Below are positions 56,962 to 64,000 of a stretch of 64,000 bases of DNA, in pieces. Source of the stretch: Firmicutes bacterium UBA1393 (lineage in GTDB: Bacteria; Bacillota; DTU025); contig DBQN01000076.1 in NCBI GenBank assembly GCA_002305255.1, positions 18,799-82,798 of the forward strand, written 5' to 3'. The notes under the pieces were generated by a model that was given only the letters and a program-made list of their open reading frames with translations, was not told the origin of the DNA and did no database searches. The position numbers and the translations under genes are program-made. The first letter of the stretch is position 1, and each line of letters starts with the position of its first letter.

Positions 56962-57274
56962 GAGATCACGCGGCAGAGGGATGCCCGAGGCCGTCGACAG
57001 CCGTCTGCGACTTGATGGTCGGGCCTAATGCAGGTGGAGGACTACCAGTCTCTTTGCACCCCAGAGGCGCAAGCGGTGAAAAGCAGGCAGCTCGTCGCGC
57101 GAACGCCCGAAGTCCCGCCATCTCAGGTCACGCGGTCGGGTCAGAAGGATGGATACGCCCCGTGAGGAACACAAAGCCTGTACCTTCAACTCCAGCCCGA
57201 CGCTGACAACGCAGACGGTCCGGCTCGCGATATCCACTCCGGAGCTCGCGTTGGCGTGACTAGTCGCGCGCACA

Positions 57275-57304
57275 GAGAAAAGGCGGGCCCATCGGGACCC
57301 GCCA
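57275..57304 (-). terminator. Rho-independent terminator downstream of rpsI.
   Basis: Minus strand: ggcgggtcccgatgggcccgcc followed by TTTTCTCTGT. Confidence 0.65.
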
Positions 57305-57350
57305 CCATGCACTATGCAACCGCCATCCGAAACCGCGTGCTGCCTCGAAG

Positions 57351-57743
57351 TTACCTCTTCGAGAACTGAGGCGCCTTACGAGCCTTCTTCAGACCGTACT
57401 TGCGGCGCTCCTTCATCCTCGGATCACGAGTGAGGAACCCGGCACGCTTCAGAGCGGTCCTCAACTCGGGGTCGGCAAGGGCCAAAGCCCTCGAAATCCC
57501 GTGCCTGACTGCGCCGGCCTGACCTGACACTCCGCCGCCCTTGACATCGACGTCGACATCGAACTTGCCGACGGTATTAGTCACCGCGAAGGGTGCGTTG
57601 ACAACCAACTCAAGAGTGCGCCTGCCAAAGTAGGCCAGGACTTCCTTATCGTTGACTTTGATGATGCCGCTGCCCGGAGCCAACCTCACGCGGGCTACGG
57701 AACACTTGCGCCTTCCTGTTGCCATCTGCTTCAGTTCTGCCAC
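57351..57743 (-). CDS. rpsI: 30S ribosomal protein S9.
   Basis: 130 aa ending ...[16 protein letters not shown]. Confidence 0.95.
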   Translation of the reverse strand: MAELKQMATGRRKCSVARVRLAPGSGIIKVNDKEVLAYFGRRTLELVVNAPFAVTNTVGKFDVDVDVKGGGVSGQAGAVRHGISRALALADPELRTALKRAGFLTRDPRMKERRKYGLKKARKAPQFSKR

Positions 57744-57769
57744 AGAGTTCTCCTCCTTCTTCGCCCTCG

Positions 57770-58207
57770 TCAGATCTTCACTTCGAGCACTTCGGGCTGC
57801 TGGGCTGCGTGTGGGTGCTCACTGCCTGCGTAGACTTTCAGCTTCAGCGCCATCTTCCTGCCCAGCCTGTTGTGGGGGAGCATGCCCTTGATGGCCTTCT
57901 CGACCGCCCTCTCGGGTTTCGTGGCAATGAACTTGCCGTAGGTCATCTGGCGGATCCCGCCTGGATATCCGGTATGCCAGTAATGGATCTTGTCCTGAAG
58001 CTTGTTGCCGGTCAGCACTACCTTCGACGCATTGATGACCACGACGTGGTCACCGCAATCGATAAACGGCGTATAGATGGGCTTATGTTTGCCCTTGAGG
58101 ATGCGAGCTACCTCACTAGCGAGCCTGCCCAGAGGCTTCCCGGCGGCATCGATAACATACCACTTGCGGGTGATGTCACCAGGAGTCGGTGTGAACGTGG
58201 CCGACAT
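57770..58207 (-). CDS. rplM: 50S ribosomal protein L13.
   Basis: Conserved L13 sequence ([17 protein letters not shown]...). The start is taken at MSATF. The track ORF starts at 58228. Confidence 0.95.
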   Translation of the reverse strand: MSATFTPTPGDITRKWYVIDAAGKPLGRLASEVARILKGKHKPIYTPFIDCGDHVVVINASKVVLTGNKLQDKIHYWHTGYPGGIRQMTYGKFIATKPERAVEKAIKGMLPHNRLGRKMALKLKVYAGSEHPHAAQQPEVLEVKI

Positions 58208-58284
58208 TGAGTTCCCTCCCAGATTCAACTGCTCTGCTGAGTGTCATCAGTGGGTCCGGGGCAGGGCGCCACTGGTACAAAACT

Positions 58285-58313
58285 CACGAAGCAATTCTAA
58301 TATAGCGACAATC
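58285..58313 (-). promoter_or_regulatory. Sigma-A promoter for rplM-rpsI (TTGACA, 17 nt, TAGAAT), followed by a structured leader. It may be L13-leader-like.
   Basis: Minus strand cTTGACAgtggattgtcgctatatTAGAATtgc. The downstream leader contains the inverted repeat cagtgg...ccactg. Confidence 0.5.
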
Positions 58314-58358
58314 CACTGTCAAGGACGCCCGGCCCAGCCATACCAGCCGGGCACCAAC

Positions 58359-59189
58359 CTAAGGCCGTGCTAGCTCAGTATAAGGCGCGGGGTAGTCCAC
58401 GCGTACCAGATACAGACCATCCGGCGGAGCCGTTGCGGGCCCCTGCCCCCTGTCACGCCCCGCGAGCAGCTCGCCGGGGCGCTCGCAGCCGCACCTGCCC
58501 CATCCTACTTCGAGCAGAGCTGCTACTATTGTGCGCACCATCTTGTACAGGAATCCGTCTGCTTCGATCTCGAATACCGCCAACTCCTGGCCCAGCGCCG
58601 GCCAGCACTCCCTGCGCACCTCAATACGTCTCACTGTGCGCACCGTCGTGCGAGCAGATGACCCGGTGGCCGCATATGCCGCGAAATCGTGCCTGCCCAC
58701 CAGGGGAACCGCCGCCCTCTGCATGGCGTCGATCTCATCGTCGGAGAACCGACGATCAAGCAAGAGCGCACGGCCCTTGAGCAGAGCCTGCCCGCTCCCT
58801 GCCGCGCTCTGCCCTGGAGCTGAGTCCGCACCCAACGGCGCGGCGGCCAGGTACCTGTAGGTCTTCCCCACCGCATCGAACCTGGCGTTGAAGGCATCGT
58901 GCACGGCAAAGGACCCTATCGCCCTGATGTCATAGGGCAGCTTCGTGTTGAGGGCTGCCGCGAACCTTTCCGGGGGAATGGAAGACAGAGTCTTGAGGCT
59001 CACGACCTGCCCGAGGGCGTGCACCCCGGCGTCGGTGCGCCCTGCACCAGTGATCCTCACCCTCTCCCCCGTGAGACGGGCGATCGCATCCTCTACAGTA
59101 CCCTGCACCGTCGGACCGCCGGCCGCCTGCACCTGGTAGCCGCTGTAGCCTGTGCCGACGTATTCGAGCACCAACGCCACGTTTGCCAT
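58359..59189 (-). CDS. truA: tRNA pseudouridine(38-40) synthase TruA.
   Basis: 276 aa with MANVALVLEYVGTGYSGYQVQ...RTDAGVHA, including the catalytic Asp motif. Confidence 0.9.
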   Translation of the reverse strand: MANVALVLEYVGTGYSGYQVQAAGGPTVQGTVEDAIARLTGERVRITGAGRTDAGVHALGQVVSLKTLSSIPPERFAAALNTKLPYDIRAIGSFAVHDAFNARFDAVGKTYRYLAAAPLGADSAPGQSAAGSGQALLKGRALLLDRRFSDDEIDAMQRAAVPLVGRHDFAAYAATGSSARTTVRTVRRIEVRRECWPALGQELAVFEIEADGFLYKMVRTIVAALLEVGWGRCGCERPGELLAGRDRGQGPATAPPDGLYLVRVDYPAPYTELARP

Positions 59190-59190
59190 G

Positions 59191-59985
59191 TCAGAACAAC
59201 ACCACTGCGGCAGTCAGATAGGCAACGACTCCGACGGCTGCGATCGCATCCAATGCTCCCAGCCTGAGCTGGCGCATTCTGGTCCTGCCCGCTCCGCCCC
59301 GGTAACACCTGGCCTCCATGGCCACCGCAAGCTCGTCGGCTCGTCGGAACGCGCTGACAAACAGTGGAACCAGAATGGGGATCATGGCCTTCGCCCTGGT
59401 GATCAGGCCTCCGGAATCGAAATCCGCACCTCTGGCCATCTGCGCCTTCATGATCTTGTCAGTCTCTTCGAGCAGCGTTGGAATGAACCTCAGGGCGATA
59501 GTCATCATCATTGCCAGCTCGTGAGCTGGCAGTCCGATGACTCTGAATGGATTGAGCAGCTTCTCAAGCCCATCCGTGAACACGATCGGAGACGTTGTCA
59601 GTGTCACCAATGATGTGGCCATGATCAGCAGTATCAGCCTCGCCGCCGTGGTGAGACCGAGCGCCAGTCCCTCCCGGGTTGCCCTGAGTCTCCACACCAC
59701 GAAGAGCTCCTCGCCCGGATCCATAAACAAGTGCAGCATGAACGTCAGGAGTAGGATGAACACGATGGGTCTGAGACCGCGAACCACCATCTTGAATGGA
59801 ACGCGCGAAGCTGCAACCGCTACCAGCACCAGGACGCCTATCATCATGTACGACCACTGGCTATGCACGCTGAACAGTGCCACCACGATTGCCAGTGACA
59901 GCATTATCTTGGTTCGCGGGTCAAGCCTGTGCAGCAGGCTGTCGCCCGGTATGTACTGCCCGACGATCACCGATGGCATCCTCAT
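59191..59985 (-). CDS. ecfT: Energy-coupling factor transporter transmembrane component EcfT.
   Basis: 264 aa polytopic protein. It is in the conserved ecfA1-ecfA2-ecfT-truA cluster and has an ATGA overlap with ecfA2. Confidence 0.9.
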   Translation of the reverse strand: MRMPSVIVGQYIPGDSLLHRLDPRTKIMLSLAIVVALFSVHSQWSYMMIGVLVLVAVAASRVPFKMVVRGLRPIVFILLLTFMLHLFMDPGEELFVVWRLRATREGLALGLTTAARLILLIMATSLVTLTTSPIVFTDGLEKLLNPFRVIGLPAHELAMMMTIALRFIPTLLEETDKIMKAQMARGADFDSGGLITRAKAMIPILVPLFVSAFRRADELAVAMEARCYRGGAGRTRMRQLRLGALDAIAAVGVVAYLTAAVVLF

Positions 59986-60866
59986 ACGCGATCACCGCCT
60001 CGGCCCGCCGCGCCTAGCATCGGCGCTAACACTTCGACGGCCTGCTCCACGGTGATCACATCGCCCGGAAGCTCGTGGCCCATGGCCCTCAACTCGCAGA
60101 TGAGGCTAGTGACCTGAGGGACGCCCAGACCCATCCCGACGAGGGCATCGCGCTCCCTGAACACCTCGTGGGAGGCGCCTTCCATCACCACGGTGCCGTG
60201 ATCCATCACTATGAGGCGTTGCGCGAACCTGGCCACGTCCTCCATGCTGTGTGACACCAGCACGATTGTGTAACCATGTTTACCGTGGAGAGCCGCTATC
60301 TCACTCAGCACCTCCTCGCGTCCGCGAGGATCCATGCCAGCCGTGGGCTCGTCGAGGACCAGCACCTCGGGGCCCATCGCCAGCACACCGGCCATGGCAA
60401 CCCTGCGCTTCTGCCCGCCCGACAGCTCGAAGGGTGACCTTCCCCTGAGCGAGTCGTAATCGAGGTCAGCTATGCGCATTGCGTCCCGCACGGCCTCGTC
60501 GACCTGTACCGGAGTCATGCCCATTGAGCGCGGCGCGAAGGCTATGTCGGCCTCCACCGTCTCTTCGAACAGCTGGTGCTCGGGGTACTGGAACACCAGT
60601 CCAATGCGGCGCCTCACGTCCCTAAGCGATACACCCCTGGCCCATATGTCGCGCCCGTCCACCTTCACATGCCCGGAGTCGGGCCGAAGCAAGCCGTTGA
60701 AGTGCTGAACAAGGGTGGACTTCCCCGATCCCGTTCGACCGATTATGGCGACGAGTTCGCCCCGGTTGATGACGACGTTCACATCTGTCAGGGCCTTTCG
60801 CGCCATGGGAGTGCCCTTCATGTAAGTGTGACTCAGTCCGCTCACTTCGATGATGGCGTCACTCAC
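59982..60866 (-). CDS. ecfA2: ECF transporter ATPase EcfA2.
   Basis: Walker A GRTGSGKST, LSGGQKRRVA, VLDEPTAGMD. It has a GTGA overlap with ecfA1. Confidence 0.9.
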   Translation of the reverse strand: MSDAIIEVSGLSHTYMKGTPMARKALTDVNVVINRGELVAIIGRTGSGKSTLVQHFNGLLRPDSGHVKVDGRDIWARGVSLRDVRRRIGLVFQYPEHQLFEETVEADIAFAPRSMGMTPVQVDEAVRDAMRIADLDYDSLRGRSPFELSGGQKRRVAMAGVLAMGPEVLVLDEPTAGMDPRGREEVLSEIAALHGKHGYTIVLVSHSMEDVARFAQRLIVMDHGTVVMEGASHEVFRERDALVGMGLGVPQVTSLICELRAMGHELPGDVITVEQAVEVLAPMLGAAGRGGDRV

Positions 60867-61720
60867 CGCGCATACCTCCCCGAAAGGAGCGCGTCCACAT
60901 CCTCGGCCAGCTCCTTCACGGTAAGGGGCGTCCTCGGCATCTTCACTCCACGTCTGCTGAGTTCAAAGGCCAGCTCGGTGACTTGCGGCACATCTAGCTG
61001 CAGTCGCCGCAACGCATCAGGCGAGCTGAACACCTCACGCGGCCCCCCGTCAAGCGCAATGCGACCGTCGTCCATGACGATGACCCGGTCTGCCATTACC
61101 GCCTCGCTCATGAAGTGCGTTATGTGCACCACGGTGATGCCTTCTTCGCTGGCCAGTCTCCTGACTGTGCGAAGCACTTCCTGCCTGCCGACGGGGTCGA
61201 GCATGGCCGTGGGTTCGTCGAGGACTATGCACTTCGGCCTCATTGCGATGACCCCGGCGATGGCCACACGCTGCTTCTGCCCGCCCGATAGCTGGTGCGG
61301 ACCTGCCTGCTCGTATCCCCTCATGTCAACGAGGGTGAGGGCCTCGTCGACCCGCCTACGTATCTCGTGCGGGGGCACTCCGAGGTTCTCGGGGCCGAAG
61401 GCCACGTCCTCTTCGACGGTCGTTGCCACTATCTGATTGTCGGGGTTCTGGAACACCATGCCCACCGTCTGGCGTATATTCCACAGCATGGAACGATCGC
61501 GTGTGTTCATTCCTAGCACGTAGACATCGCCGCGTGTGGGCAGTAGAATGGCGTTCATGTGTTTGGCCAAGGTGGACTTGCCCGAGCCGTTGTGACCGAT
61601 AACCGCCACGAATACCCCGGCATCCACCCTGACGTTCACATCGAGAAGCGCTTCTACCTGATCCTGCTCGCCGCCTTCATAGGTATAGCTAACGTTCTCG
61701 ATGCGTATGATCGGCTCCAT
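60863..61720 (-). CDS. ecfA1: ECF transporter ATPase EcfA1.
   Basis: Walker A GHNGSGKST, LSGGQKQRVA, VLDEPTAMLD. It ends with TGA. Confidence 0.9.
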   Translation of the reverse strand: MEPIIRIENVSYTYEGGEQDQVEALLDVNVRVDAGVFVAVIGHNGSGKSTLAKHMNAILLPTRGDVYVLGMNTRDRSMLWNIRQTVGMVFQNPDNQIVATTVEEDVAFGPENLGVPPHEIRRRVDEALTLVDMRGYEQAGPHQLSGGQKQRVAIAGVIAMRPKCIVLDEPTAMLDPVGRQEVLRTVRRLASEEGITVVHITHFMSEAVMADRVIVMDDGRIALDGGPREVFSSPDALRRLQLDVPQVTELAFELSRRGVKMPRTPLTVKELAEDVDALLSGRYAR

Positions 61721-61731
61721 AAGCCATCACG

Positions 61732-62130
61732 CTACTTCTTGGCCGGGGCCTTCTTGTCAGCCGCCGCCGGCGTGGCGGTGGCTGCGGGCGCGTCGACTAA
61801 CTCGATCATGGCCATGGCGGCCGCGTCGCCTCTCCTCTGCCCTAGCTTGATGATACGCGTGTACCCGCCTGGCCTGTCGCCAACCATCGGCCCGATCTCG
61901 TCAAAGAGGCGCTTCAGGGCCTTGGGCTCCAGTACGAACTGGGCAGCCAGACGCCTGTGATGGAGTTCGCCCTTGCGGGCCCATGTTATGAGACGCTCGG
62001 CTATCGGGCGGAGCTCCTTTGCCTTGGCTTCAGTCGTGATTATCCTGTCGTATGTGAACAGGCTCGTCACTGAGCTACGGAAAAGCGCTCTCCTCTGTGC
62101 GGCCGTGCGACCGAGTTTACCCTGCCTCAC
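61732..62130 (-). CDS. rplQ: 50S ribosomal protein L17.
   Basis: [42 protein letters not shown]..., with an Ala/Lys-rich C-terminal tail. Confidence 0.95.
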   Translation of the reverse strand: MRQGKLGRTAAQRRALFRSSVTSLFTYDRIITTEAKAKELRPIAERLITWARKGELHHRRLAAQFVLEPKALKRLFDEIGPMVGDRPGGYTRIIKLGQRRGDAAAMAMIELVDAPAATATPAAADKKAPAKK

Positions 62131-62165
62131 TTGGATTTCCTCCTTAGTGCAACTGCGTTGGGCTA

Positions 62166-63143
<978 letters not shown>

Positions 63144-63179
63144 AGCGTGCTCAACACCTTCCTTCCCTTTCGACCGGCA

Positions 63180-63803
63180 TTACTTCGAGTACAGCTCAAC
63201 GATGAGATGCTCCTGGATGTCAAGGTCTATCTGATCCCTCGAAGGCACTGAGAGCACCTTACCGCTCAGATGATCCTCGCCGAGCGAAAGCCACGCCGGC
63301 AGTGTGGGAGCAGCCGACTCCATGATCGCCTTGAAGTGCTCCATGCTCCTAGAAGACTGCCTCACAGCGATCTCATCGCCGGGGCGGACTACGTAAGAGG
63401 GTATCGACACCTTCTTGCCGTTCACGGTGAAATGGCCATGCCTCACGAGTTGCCTGCCCTGGGGCCTCGACTCCGCCAGACCAAGCCGGTACGCCACGTT
63501 GTCTAGCCTCATCTCAAGCACTGCGAGGAGGTTCTCGCCCGTGACGCCGCGCTTCTTCTCGGCAATGGAGAAGTATCTCGCGAACTGCGCCTCGTGCACA
63601 CCAAAGATGCGGCGTAGCTTCTGCTTCTCCCTCAGCTGAGTGCCGTACTCAGAGGCCTTCTTGCGACCCTGTCCGTGCTGACCCGGAGGGTAAGCCCTAC
63701 GTCCAACCGAGCACTTATTCGTATAGCACCTGTCTCCCTTGAGAAACAGTTTGGTTCCTTCGCGACGGCACAGCCGGCACACCGGTCCCGTATATCTCGA
63801 CAT
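63180..63803 (-). CDS. rpsD: 30S ribosomal protein S4.
   Basis: [31 protein letters not shown] with RBS GGAGG. This is the Clostridia/E. coli-type order rpsK-rpsD-rpoA-rplQ. Confidence 0.95.
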   Translation of the reverse strand: MSRYTGPVCRLCRREGTKLFLKGDRCYTNKCSVGRRAYPPGQHGQGRKKASEYGTQLREKQKLRRIFGVHEAQFARYFSIAEKKRGVTGENLLAVLEMRLDNVAYRLGLAESRPQGRQLVRHGHFTVNGKKVSIPSYVVRPGDEIAVRQSSRSMEHFKAIMESAAPTLPAWLSLGEDHLSGKVLSVPSRDQIDLDIQEHLIVELYSK

Positions 63804-63827
63804 TATGGCACCTCCTGTTGGCCCACG

Positions 63828-64000
63828 CTACACGCGCCGTCTCTTCGGCGGCCTGCAGCCATTGTGAGGAATCGGCGTTGTATCCTTGATCATGCTGACT
63901 TCGAGCCCTGCAGCTTGCAGCGACCTGACTGCGGCCTCACGCCCGCCTCCGGGGCCCTTTACCAGCACCTCGATAGTGCGCATCCCATGCTCCATGGCCA
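63828..64000 (-). CDS. rpsK: 30S ribosomal protein S11; only the C-terminal part is inside the window.
   Basis: The minus-strand translation ends ...[26 protein letters not shown]. Confidence 0.9.
   Translation of the reverse strand, partial: AMEHGMRTIEVLVKGPGGGREAAVRSLQAAGLEVSMIKDTTPIPHNGCRPPKRRRV

Noticed and set aside
56962-57274. SRP RNA or RNase P RNA in the long convergent intergenic region.
   Set aside because: The conserved motifs (GGUCCGGAAGGAAGCAGC for SRP; AGGAAAGUCCGGGCUCC for RNase P) are not present. Only vague resemblance was seen.
57025-57312. A 95-aa minus-strand ORF in the NAGPA/rpsI intergenic region.
   Set aside because: It has no RBS and an Arg/Ser-rich low-complexity product, and it overlaps the rpsI terminator. 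It is more likely non-coding.

Overview
This 64 kb window is a high-GC (roughly 60-65%) chromosomal segment, densely coding and mostly on the minus strand. It appears to come from an endospore-forming Firmicutes-type bacterium. Three lines of evidence support that: a SpoVT whose N-terminus is almost identical to the B. subtilis sequence, a dipicolinate synthase subunit A (dpaA), and Clostridia/Bacillus-type synteny (dnaE-x-pfkA; rpsK-rpsD-rpoA-rplQ-ecfA1-ecfA2-ecfT-truA-rplM-rpsI). The candidate M-box upstream of mgtE (confidence 0.45) would also fit.

Contents, in order along the window:
- ROK-regulated sugar ABC importer, then L-serine dehydratase sdaAB/sdaAA.
- A secreted 518-aa protein of unknown function, tRNA-Leu, spoVT, pfkA.
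- dnaE, carrying an in-frame TGA at codon 17.
- An M29-like aminopeptidase, a candidate M-box upstream of mgtE, a lipoprotein, tRNA-Glu and tRNA-Gln, and a CBM25-like protein.
- A methionine-salvage-like operon (MtaD, MTAP, aminotransferase) fused to a first TldE/TldD pair.
- ABC-F, folE2, a fused sugar-1-P nucleotidyltransferase/phosphomannomutase, dpaA followed by a 423-aa FAD protein rather than dpaB, TPM and LemA proteins.
- A BMP-family nucleoside ABC importer preceded by a second TldD/TldE pair.
- An SOS-regulated imuB, small ORF, dnaE2 mutagenesis cassette. It has a textbook sigma-A promoter overlapping a Cheo-type LexA box and lacks imuA.
- yigZ, an AlaX-type editing protein, and an ABC-2 exporter next to a Cys/Ser/Thr-rich 69-aa peptide.
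- An amidohydrolase plus secreted-protein operon divergent from a 938-aa secreted NAGPA-like phosphodiester glycosidase.
- The ribosomal/ECF/rpoA cluster.

No CRISPR arrays and no obvious mobile elements were seen.
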